A stretch of 64,000 bases of DNA from NCBI GenBank assembly GCA_963789265.1, contig CAWBKB010000001.1:2112001-2176000 (forward strand). The letters run 5' to 3'. The position numbers were made by a program, and so were the translations under genes. Positions 40,761 to 49,959 of the stretch are shown here, piece by piece (positions within the stretch are counted from its first letter, which is position 1; each line of letters opens with the position of its first letter). The notes below the pieces were generated by a model. The model worked only from the letters and a program-made list of their open reading frames with translations. It was not told the origin of the DNA and did not search any database. The stretch comes from an uncultured delta proteobacterium (GTDB taxonomy: Bacteria > Desulfobacterota > Desulfomonilia > Desulfomonilales > Desulfomonilaceae).

Positions 40761-43094
40761 TTGCCTGAGTACAGTCTCATCGGGAAAAGCATCCCCCGCG
40801 TTGACTCTCTGCCCAAGGTTACAGGCGAGGCGATTTTCACGGCGGACTTGAGCCTTCCCAAGATGCTAGTGGGTAAGATACTGCGCAGCCCTTATCCCCA
40901 TGCCCGAATCCTTGACGTTGACACGTCAAAGGCTCGGCAGCTTCGTGGGGTTCAGGCGGTGGTAACGGGCAAGGATACCGCAGGGGAAAAGTGGGGCGTA
41001 TTCAGGTACACGTGGGACCAGCAACTGCTCTGCGTAGACAAGGTCCGATACGTTGGAGACGAGGTCGCGGCCGTTGCCGCCGTTGATGAGGATACGGCCC
41101 TGGAGGCGCTCAGCCTTATCCAGGTCGATTACGAAGAATTGCCCGCAGTTTTTGACTGTCATTCCGCGTTAGCCCCGGACGCGGCTTTGCTTCACGACGA
41201 ATATGCGCATAACGTTAACGTCGCTGTTAACATTGATGTCGGTAACGTGGATGCGGCATTCAAAGGATGCGCATTGATTCGCGAGGACACCTTTGTAGCG
41301 GAAGAAGACTCGTACTTCATGATCGAACCTTACGCGGTGGTGGCAAGTTATCACGCAGACGGTTCGATTGAAGTCTGGATGCCGAACGCGTCTCCGCACA
41401 CCAAAGCCAAAGCATTATCGAATGCGCTACAATTGCCCCTTTCAAAGGTAAACGTTCGTAAGATCACAATCGGCGGTGCTTTTGGGGGTCGATCCGACGT
41501 TTTTCCTGCGGAATTCATTACCTGCCTCCTCAGCATAAAGGCTCAAAGGCCGGTCAAGCTGGTTTACTCCCGTGAAGAGAACTCCATTGCCACCCGCATG
41601 GGTCATGCAATGATTACCACCATCAAGACCGGCGTGGACAAAGATGGGAAGGTCCTGGCAAGAGACATCGTTTCATATCTGGATGGCGGGGCATATTCGA
41701 GTACCGGTCCCATCGCAACTTCGGTCCCGTTCCTATGCCACGAGCAGACGTACCGTATGGACAATGTCCGATTCCGCGGGTATCGCATCTACACGAACAA
41801 GCCGGTCAGAGGAATGATCCGTATTCACGGCAGATCGTTTGCATGCGGGATTGACACGCAACTGGACATGATTGCCGAGCAATTGGAGATCGACCCGGTG
41901 ACGATCCGGCTCCGTAATGCACGGCGACCGGGCGAAACGACTCCCACCGGTTCGTACGTGGCGAGCTGCGGTCTCGTGGAGTGCATAGAAAAGACAGCGG
42001 CCGAGAGCAAATTCATTGAGAAATTCCGCAATCCTGCTCCTAACCGCGGAATCGGCATGGGTCTGAATTCGGTGCAAACCGGATTCCCCTTGGGGATTCG
42101 CGGCGGTTCCCAGGCGTTCATAAAGTTTCATGAAGATGGTGGGGCCACTGTGATTTCAGGGGTCGTGGACAACGGTCAGGGAAACGACAACATGCTGGTT
42201 CAGATCGCTGCCGAGGAGCTTGGGCTTCCGCTTGAAGATATCCGGCTCATATCCGCGGACACGGAAGTCACCCCAACTGATGCAGGCTCGTATTCCATGA
42301 TTTCCACGTTTGGCGGAGGGAACGCGGTAAAGACGGCAGCAGCAGATGCCAGGACTCAGCTCTTCGCGGTAGCCTCGGACATGCTGGAGGCCGATCCGGC
42401 GGATCTGGTGGCCAAGGACGGGAAAATATATGTCAAGGGCGCTCCAGGTGCAGGTCTTTCCATTGCTAAGGTCGTGCGCAGGGCGTTGATCATGGGCCGA
42501 CCGATAATGGGGCGAGGTGCATTTTCACCAAAGGTGGACCAGCGACGAGAGTGGATAACGAATCCTAAAGGTCAACTCTCGCAGGCGTTTTCGTTCGGTG
42601 CGACAGTTACAGAGGTTGAAGTGGACCCTGAAACAGGCCAGGTCAAGGCGCTTGAAGTTACGTGCGCTCAGGACTGCGGCTTCGCGTTGAACCCTCTGGT
42701 GGTAGAAGGGCAGTTTGAGGGCGGAGTGGCAATGGGAGGCCAGGGTGGAATGCTCGCCGAGGAGCATCGTTGGAGCCAGGGGCACCTATTAAATCCCACA
42801 ATGCTCGAATACAAGATCCCAATAATAAAGGACATGCCCAATATCAAGCCGATCATCGTGGAATCCATAGATCCTGCCGGGCCGTACGGGGCAAAAGAAG
42901 CCGGCATGTCCATCGCTATGTCAGCAGCCCAGGCATACTGCAACGCGGTGAGCAAAGCCCTTGGGATCTATTTTAACCATTACCCGTTGACGCCCGAGCG
43001 AATCCTCGACGCAATCGAGAACAAGAAGCCCGGCATACACACAGCTTGGGAATTCGAGCCTGCCAGACCCGTTGAAGTGGAGCGCGGGCCTTAG
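40761..43094 (+). CDS. Xanthine-oxidase-family molybdopterin subunit (HcrA-like, divergent)
   Basis: RSPYPHARI, GGAFGG, GQG, EVEVDPETG, GPYGAKEAG. Confidence 0.92.
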   Translation: MPEYSLIGKSIPRVDSLPKVTGEAIFTADLSLPKMLVGKILRSPYPHARILDVDTSKARQLRGVQAVVTGKDTAGEKWGVFRYTWDQQLLCVDKVRYVGDEVAAVAAVDEDTALEALSLIQVDYEELPAVFDCHSALAPDAALLHDEYAHNVNVAVNIDVGNVDAAFKGCALIREDTFVAEEDSYFMIEPYAVVASYHADGSIEVWMPNASPHTKAKALSNALQLPLSKVNVRKITIGGAFGGRSDVFPAEFITCLLSIKAQRPVKLVYSREENSIATRMGHAMITTIKTGVDKDGKVLARDIVSYLDGGAYSSTGPIATSVPFLCHEQTYRMDNVRFRGYRIYTNKPVRGMIRIHGRSFACGIDTQLDMIAEQLEIDPVTIRLRNARRPGETTPTGSYVASCGLVECIEKTAAESKFIEKFRNPAPNRGIGMGLNSVQTGFPLGIRGGSQAFIKFHEDGGATVISGVVDNGQGNDNMLVQIAAEELGLPLEDIRLISADTEVTPTDAGSYSMISTFGGGNAVKTAAADARTQLFAVASDMLEADPADLVAKDGKIYVKGAPGAGLSIAKVVRRALIMGRPIMGRGAFSPKVDQRREWITNPKGQLSQAFSFGATVTEVEVDPETGQVKALEVTCAQDCGFALNPLVVEGQFEGGVAMGGQGGMLAEEHRWSQGHLLNPTMLEYKIPIIKDMPNIKPIIVESIDPAGPYGAKEAGMSIAMSAAQAYCNAVSKALGIYFNHYPLTPERILDAIENKKPGIHTAWEFEPARPVEVERGP

Positions 43095-43241
43095 TTCTCG
43101 AATCCTGATATTCTTACTTTTGTTCCGGCGTGTTCAAACGACAAGTCCGAACGGTCCATTCTGCACCAAGGGCCACGAAATATTTTTGCGAGACCTCCAA
43201 TTGGCGGAGTTTTCGCGGACTAGCTGTTTGAGGAGGTTTTC

Positions 43242-44832
43242 ATGACGGTCAGCAAGTGGATCCACATGGGAACGGTTTTAAGCCAGCATGCAGTCCATTA
43301 TCCGGATAAGCTCGGGTGTCAGGACAAGAAGAAGAGCTTCACCTTCAAGGAATGGAACGAAAGGAGTTGCTGCCTCGGAAATGCCCTTACCGACATAGGA
43401 TGCGGCCACGGCGAGCGCTTTGCCGTGTTGGCTTTCAACAGGGTTGAGTGGATGGAGATTTATGCCGGTTGCGCTAAGGGGGGGCAGATCTGTGTACCGC
43501 TCATGTTCCGGCTGGCCGGACCTGAAATTGAATACATCGTCAACGATTCCAATTGCAAAGCCTTGATCGTAGAGAAGCCTTTGGTAGACACCATCGAGGG
43601 TATCAAAAGCAAACTGTCCATACCTGCCGGGAATTACATTTGCCTGGGAGAGCCCGGAGAGCCCGTACCGGAGGGCTATATCGGATACGAAGAGTGGCTT
43701 GCGACAGCATCGTCGGAAGAGCCTGAAGTTGTTGTCGGTGCAGAAGATCCCTGGACCTTTATGTATACCTCCGGGACGACCGGCAGGCCGAAAGGTGTCG
43801 TGAGGACTCACGAGAGTTATCTGGGAATGTACTATCTTGATATAGCCAATATGGGCTTGCGGCCGACAGATAAACCGCTCATGGTTATGCCCATGTGTCA
43901 CGTCAATTCGATCTATTATTCATTTCCTTATACTCTTTTGACTGCCCCGGTCTGTGTGTACAACGAATCGAGTTTCTCACCGGAAGATTTTCTCGATACA
44001 GTCGAAAAATTCCACATCACCTTCGTCTCCCTGGTACCCACCCATTACATCATGATCCTTTCCCTGCCCGATCCAATCAAGAAGAAGTACGACGTATCGA
44101 GCATGCGTCAAATGCTGATCTCATCTGCTCCGGCTCGCAGGGATACCAAGGTGGCCGTTTCTGGAATTCTTCAGGAACGCTGAACTTTGGGAAGCGTACG
44201 GGTCCACCGAAGCCGGCCTTGTAACACTGTGCCGCCCGGAGGATCAGCTTCGCAAGATGGGAACGATCGGCCAGGAGATCTTCGGAATAGACCGTATAAA
44301 AGTGATGGATGAAGATGGGAACGAAGTGCCGGACGGTCAAGTTGGCGAACTTTACGCCCGCACCCCAATAATGTTCAAGGAATACTGGAACTTGCCGGAT
44401 AAGACCAAAGAGGTCTTCCAGGGTGAATGGTTCACCGCCGGCGACATGTGTTACCGCGATCCTGACGGATTCTATGTGCTGGTTGACCGCAAGGCCAACA
44501 TGATAATCTCCGGAGGCGAAAATATCTTTCCGTCCGAAGTTGAAAACGCGGTGGGTTCCCATTCGTCCGTGAAAGATGTGGCGGTGATAGGAATTCCGCA
44601 CGAGAAATGGGGTGAAGCGGTCCATGCCGTGATCATCCTCAAGGAGGAAAAAGAGCCCACTAACGGGCTGAAAGATGAGATCAGGAGATTTGCAAAAACC
44701 AAGATAGCCGCTTACAAGGTGCCCAAAACCATTGATTTTATCGAAGATGATGAAATGCCCCGCACTGGCACAGGCAAAATCCTCCACCGTGTGCTCAGGG
44801 AAAAATACGGCAAATGGAGCGATAAGCAGTAA
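43242..44832 (+). CDS. AMP-binding acyl/aryl-CoA ligase (frameshift near 44160)
   Basis: YTSGTTGRPKG, YGSTE, WFTAGD, DRKANMIISGGENIFP, PRTGTGK. Confidence 0.9.
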
Positions 44833-44912
44833 GAATGGGGAAGAATTTGTTTGCAAGGGCAGTTCCGTAATTCGAGTACACATTCACTTACGCCGGCAAT
44901 ATTCCGGTTCCG

Positions 44913-44988
44913 GTCATTGCGAAGAGTAAAATGACGAAGCAATCCAAGCGCACAAAAGAACAGATTGCTTCGCTACGCTCGCAATGAC
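44913..44988. repeat. GTCATTGCGA...TCGCAATGAC palindromic repeat
   Basis: Same family as 35406-35485. Confidence 0.7.
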
Positions 44989-45131
44989 AATGTTCGCCGC
45001 TGTAATCGTATAGATGCCATCCGCGGTCACCCCGGGGTTGCGGCCGAGCCGAGTTTATGATAGAGAAAATGCCGCAGTGAAGGCATTTCGTAGGACATCC
45101 GAGCCTTGTCGTCCCTTCCAGGAGACCCGGA

Positions 45132-45392
45132 ATGAAGTTGGTCTTGACTCTTATCAGCCTGTTGGCCGCGGTTCCAATCTGGCTCGTTAGCACGGTTTAC
45201 GCCCAAAACGCCCAGTCGCATGATACCCCCTCATCGAAGCAGTGGATCAGCCATCAGATGAACCAACCCCCGCCCACCGGTAGCAAGCACCACATCTCTC
45301 GGGATCGTTTGGACGAAATCGAGCAGCTCTATTTTCAGGCCAAAAAGGAATCGGATGCCAAGGCTGCCGACAACCACAATGACAAGAAATAG
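45132..45392 (+). CDS. Small secreted hypothetical protein
   Basis: AGGAG RBS, signal peptide. Confidence 0.7.
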   Translation: MKLVLTLISLLAAVPIWLVSTVYAQNAQSHDTPSSKQWISHQMNQPPPTGSKHHISRDRLDEIEQLYFQAKKESDAKAADNHNDKK

Positions 45393-45486
45393 ACCAAGAG
45401 ACCTTACAATAATTGAGAGTTTTTGAGGTGGGGTCCGGGGAGGGACTTTTTGCAAAAAGTCCCTCCCCGGTTACTCTCGCAAAGGT

Positions 45487-46287
45487 TCATACGCTTTCCG
45501 ACCGCCCTCCCACCATCAGAACCCAACGGAAGAGGATATCGCCTTCCGGAAGGTGCTCGAATAAACGTGCCACCTTGGCGACACGGGCCGAATATTCAAT
45601 CCCCGGAAAGAGCCCCGCGGACATTGCCGGTACTGAAAAGAATTCACACAGGAGATCTTTCGGAAGTCGAAAATCTTCTTTCCAGAACTTGTGTCGGGGG
45701 AACATCTCCGCAAAAAAAGACTGGAATTCGGGCAAACTCACCGGCCTTCGCAGGCTGACACCCTCTTTGGCCCGGCGTTCCGCGATTTCCAGGAGGTTGT
45801 TCCCTGCGGGATCGTAAAGCCCATCCATAAACGTGAGCCCAATTTTTCCGTCCTTCTTGAGAAGGTCGTGTGCGTGCCGCAGACTCTCCTGGAAATCAGG
45901 AATCAGGAATATCGAGGCACTGTAGATAATCGCATCGAACCGGCAGGTGAAATAGTCTGAAAGCTTGGCGCCATCCCCTTCTATGAGACTCAGCCGGTCC
46001 CAATCACCGATCCTTGAACGGGCCGCGTCGAGCATGGCTGGGGAAAGGTCCAGGCCCCACACTCGACATTCCGGCATGGCTTCCAAAAGCTGAAGGCAAC
46101 TCGCTCCGGTTCCACAACCCACATCGAGTATATCCGCGTCTGCTCGAAGGTTCATGCCGGCCAGCAGCGCCTCGTTCAGCCGCCGAAAAAAACCGTGCCT
46201 GTCCTCAAAAGATTGATAGTGCACTGGGCTCTGTTCGAAATTGCCTCGAACAGCGTTCTTTATCTTGGTGATTTTCCCTTGGTCCAT
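45487..46287 (-). CDS. Class I SAM-dependent methyltransferase
   Basis: ILDVGCGTG, GLDLSPAML, FDAII. Confidence 0.88.
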   Translation of the reverse strand: MDQGKITKIKNAVRGNFEQSPVHYQSFEDRHGFFRRLNEALLAGMNLRADADILDVGCGTGASCLQLLEAMPECRVWGLDLSPAMLDAARSRIGDWDRLSLIEGDGAKLSDYFTCRFDAIIYSASIFLIPDFQESLRHAHDLLKKDGKIGLTFMDGLYDPAGNNLLEIAERRAKEGVSLRRPVSLPEFQSFFAEMFPRHKFWKEDFRLPKDLLCEFFSVPAMSAGLFPGIEYSARVAKVARLFEHLPEGDILFRWVLMVGGRSESV

Positions 46288-46320
46288 GCGCGACCCTCAC
46301 CTTGTCTGTCGTTACGTTTC

Positions 46321-46989
46321 CTACTCGGATTTCGGTGCCTTAAGCATCACGTCAGTCGGCAGCATGATCATTCTCTCCATTTTTCGCCGGTAGCTGGACT
46401 CGCTGTGGTCATCACCGTGCTTCCATTGACGAAGAAGGTCCTTGGCCTGCTTCTTGTCTATTCCAAGGATATCGCGCAATTGGCCCATGGTGATGCATTG
46501 GCGTTCGTACGTATATCTTGCGAGCAGGTCCAGGGGGATCGCCTTCAATTCATCCAGCGTAGCCCTTATCCCTGAAGACTGTAAAAAGCCCTGAAGCCGC
46601 TTGTGCGGATCCGCGCCTCCTGCACCCGTGCTCGCTGTTCCCTGCAAATAGGCTGAGCTTCCGTCGATAAAATCTTGCCTCAATGGGGAGAACAGGTCTA
46701 TAACCGTAGCCCCCTGTGTGCCTATCCGAACTCCATGAGGTTTTGACCCCGGAATGACCAGCATATCGCCGCTTTGCAGTGTGACGTTTTCCTCACCGGG
46801 AAACAACAATGTGACGGACCCGTCCAGCACCATGGTGATCTGCTCGGAAACATGATCGTGAACTGTTAGAGTGGCATTCGGCGCGAGCACCCACCGTGTA
46901 ACCATGATGTTTTCACCCCAGAACATCTTCCGGGTAGTATTCTCGTTGATTCGCTGTTCAGTCACGTTTTCCCAGGATATTGTCTGCAT
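46321..46989 (-). CDS. Cupin protein with C-terminal helical/HTH-like extension
   Basis: HDHVSEQ...GDMLVIPGSKPH, DLFSPLRQDF. Confidence 0.82.
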   Translation of the reverse strand: MQTISWENVTEQRINENTTRKMFWGENIMVTRWVLAPNATLTVHDHVSEQITMVLDGSVTLLFPGEENVTLQSGDMLVIPGSKPHGVRIGTQGATVIDLFSPLRQDFIDGSSAYLQGTASTGAGGADPHKRLQGFLQSSGIRATLDELKAIPLDLLARYTYERQCITMGQLRDILGIDKKQAKDLLRQWKHGDDHSESSYRRKMERMIMLPTDVMLKAPKSE

Positions 46990-47035
46990 GGTTCGGTCTC
47001 CAGTTCCGATGCATTCATCTAAGTAAACGGCAGGA

Positions 47036-48004
47036 TTAATCCGCGTATGGACCGAGAAATCTCTCCCCGTTGAAATGAATGAGGTGCGTCGGGGACTCGG
47101 CAACCCAAACTTCCGTTTCCCAGGAGATGTCGTCGAGGTATTTCATCATGCTTCGACGATCAAGAAAAGCCGTCACGTAGACCAGGCCAACGTTCGATCC
47201 TTTGAACAACTCTTTCACCTCCTGCCGGCGCTTTGGGTTTACAGGACCATGACTCGTGACAGCCTCAATCAGTACAAGCCACTTTTTCTCCGCATAATAA
47301 ACCACAATATCAGGCATCTTGCCATGTTCTTCTATTTTGCCCCCCAGAGCTTCAAGTGCATCAAAATCGAAATATGCCCACTTCGCCTCTGTGTCACCGA
47401 CGTAAATTACTTGACCCCCAGGTGTGAATAACGGGCTGAAATCATCTATGATTTTCTTGACGAGAACGTTGTGGCTCCCTGGCGAAAGCCTGATCTCATG
47501 GCCATTCATTAGGCGTACAGGTATGCGGCGCATATCTCGCTCACGTGCATAGAGCCTTTTCAAAGTTGCGACTGTGCGCAAATACCCGCGTAAGGACTTA
47601 ATCCATATCGGCTTTCCAAATTCGTGCAAAAGTTTCAAAGCGGAGGGCTCGATCTGGTAGACTGTCTTTCCACTGTTGGTAGGTCTCGAAGGTTTATCGG
47701 GATTACGAACAATCAATCCTGCCTGCACGAATTGATGCACTGTCTGCCGACGGACAGTTTCCCTCGTGTTTGGTGCGTATCGCTTTGCATAGTGCTTGTC
47801 GAAGAACTCCATCATGGGTGTGATGCCCATCAATGGGTTGCGTGCGTCCTCCCACTTGTCGTCGGGTTTGAGGTCAATCAGCCAAAGAAGAGTGAGGGCA
47901 GAGCGCTCATTTAGCTGCTGCCGCGGAAATCCGAGGTCCTTCAAGATTTTCAGAGCTTGCTCAATTTTGAGTTCGGCTTTTCCTGCGTTTGGTTTTTTAG
48001 CCAC
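47036..48004 (-). CDS. BsuBI/PstI-family type II restriction endonuclease
   Basis: YAPNTRETVRRQTVHQF, HGKMPDIV, IEAVTSHGP, WETEVW, HFNGERFLGPY. Confidence 0.92.
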   Translation of the reverse strand: MAKKPNAGKAELKIEQALKILKDLGFPRQQLNERSALTLLWLIDLKPDDKWEDARNPLMGITPMMEFFDKHYAKRYAPNTRETVRRQTVHQFVQAGLIVRNPDKPSRPTNSGKTVYQIEPSALKLLHEFGKPIWIKSLRGYLRTVATLKRLYARERDMRRIPVRLMNGHEIRLSPGSHNVLVKKIIDDFSPLFTPGGQVIYVGDTEAKWAYFDFDALEALGGKIEEHGKMPDIVVYYAEKKWLVLIEAVTSHGPVNPKRRQEVKELFKGSNVGLVYVTAFLDRRSMMKYLDDISWETEVWVAESPTHLIHFNGERFLGPYAD

Positions 48005-49518
48005 CGTTCCCGCATTCCTTTTCCATGATTGTATCTATGAGGTCCTGGTCCGGCATTTGATGTTTAACATGGGCACCAAGCCGCATGAGTTGCTCGCGAG
48101 AAGGGTAGCGCATCTTTCTGAGGTCTGTAGCATTGACCTGGGTATGTCCACTAAACAGCCTGAACAGTCGATCGAAGAGCGAAGAATTGAGATATAAAGC
48201 CAAGCCCTTGGACAAGTTTTCTGATATCCCCTTTCCGTGCGCATGGAAGTAATTAAGATGGTTTTCAAATCCGACGAGTGGGCTCGCAATCCTATGGGGA
48301 TCTGTACACCGCGGCTACCACGTGTCGCCGTTCCTCTTTCGCCGAAAATCGTTTTGTAAGCACATAATACCCGGATACCACCATCAAGTCATTCGTCCGA
48401 TCCGCCAGCACAATCGCATTCAGTTTCTTGTCCGATTTCAAGGGCCATTGCACAAAACCTTGAAGAAAGTGGTGGGCGTATATTAGCGGTACTGTCCCTT
48501 CATCGGGTAGGATGCGTAAATATTCATGGGCTCGAAAATCCACGACACGTCCTGTGGATACCTCTAGCCGAAGCTCGTCGAGAGATGTCGTAAAAGCCTG
48601 CATCTCGTCGATCACTAAGTCGTCGGCACTATCCGCTACAATGTGGATGAAAGCATCAGGATCCCCTGGAAACACTACGTGTTCGTAGGGCACGGACCGA
48701 GCTGCTGCGGTGTCGAAATTAATGCCCTCTGATGATGATATTCTAACACGATCCGGTTTCCGCGGGTCCCGAACCGCATGATAGATGATGTTTTCCTGGA
48801 GCACATCATCGTCTCCAAAGGCTTTCTTGCGAGACTCAAAGACGTGAATAGCCTTCAGACGCATCATGTCGAGCAGATCAAGACGAAACCTGCGAAAATA
48901 GGGGCCATTGCAAAAACTTCGAGGCGTAATTGCGACTAACTCTCCGCCAGGCTTCAACATGTGGGCCGTTAACCAAACAAACGCGGCATAAAGATTTGAT
49001 ACTTCGAACCCCGCCGAATTGAGCAATTTACGCGTAGCAGATTTCCCGTTTATCTTTTTGTAGGGTGGATTCATAATGGCGTGGGTAAAACGTTCCTCAT
49101 CGAGAGCGAACAGGTGTCCGCCAGTTTGCTCTATGGCCGCGGCTATGTAATCCTCTACTCGTATCTCACCCCGGAATGGAATACCCGCGTCTTTGCAAGT
49201 TTTCTCGCATCGTTCCATCGTCCTCTTTAAGGCAGGCAGAATGTGTCTGTCATTCTCGTAAGCAACTACTTCGATCGCCAGGGATTTCCCGCGTCTCGAC
49301 ACCAATGCGTCGACGCATGAGGCAAAAAGCACCCCTGCTCCGGCCCCTGGATCTAGAATCCTAACCTTTTCATCTACAAGCTCGAATAACGATGCCATGA
49401 ACCGCGCAATCGAAACGGGCGTCAAGAACTGCCCGATAGTCGATCGCGCACGACGCGACGTCCTGTCATTCAACGATTTGCGAACGTGATCCAATGTGTC
49501 TAGGAATTGAAGCGCCAT
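47997..49518 (-). CDS. N6-adenine DNA methyltransferase, BsuBI/PstI (Eco57I-like) type (frameshift near 48303)
   Basis: GQFLTP, LDPGAGAG, NPPY, STGRVVDFR; GFENHLNYFH...GHTQVNATDLR after the shift. Confidence 0.9.
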
Positions 49519-49959
49519 ATTATGTCTGACGTAATCGAGGTCATTTACGTTCCGGTCTTTTCAGGCCTACCACTGGTTGAGTTCGATAGCAACCCTTGCA
49601 GAAACGACAGGCCCACAGCCTGTTGGAGTCGGCCATTTGGATTCGCCCCTGCTCATCTTCTACGAAGATCACTGTCACCAAATCGTCCTCGTTCCCAGGC
49701 CAGGCCGCACAACAGCACGCGGGTTGGGCGGTTGCACATCATCTAGCCGGGCCCTTATGGCAGCGGTGGAGCAAATAGCGCGTGCCGGGATTACTAGGCG
49801 GAGTCCGGTCACCAGAAGAAAGGCATTAAATACACTGTGCTTCTTTCCTTTCATTACTCTGCTTCCGGATGTCAGACCGAGGAGTCTGGTGGAGGCTGCG
49901 GAGGGACTAAAGTTAACTCCTAAGCCACTTAATCACGAGGAGATGATCTGCCCTAGAGC

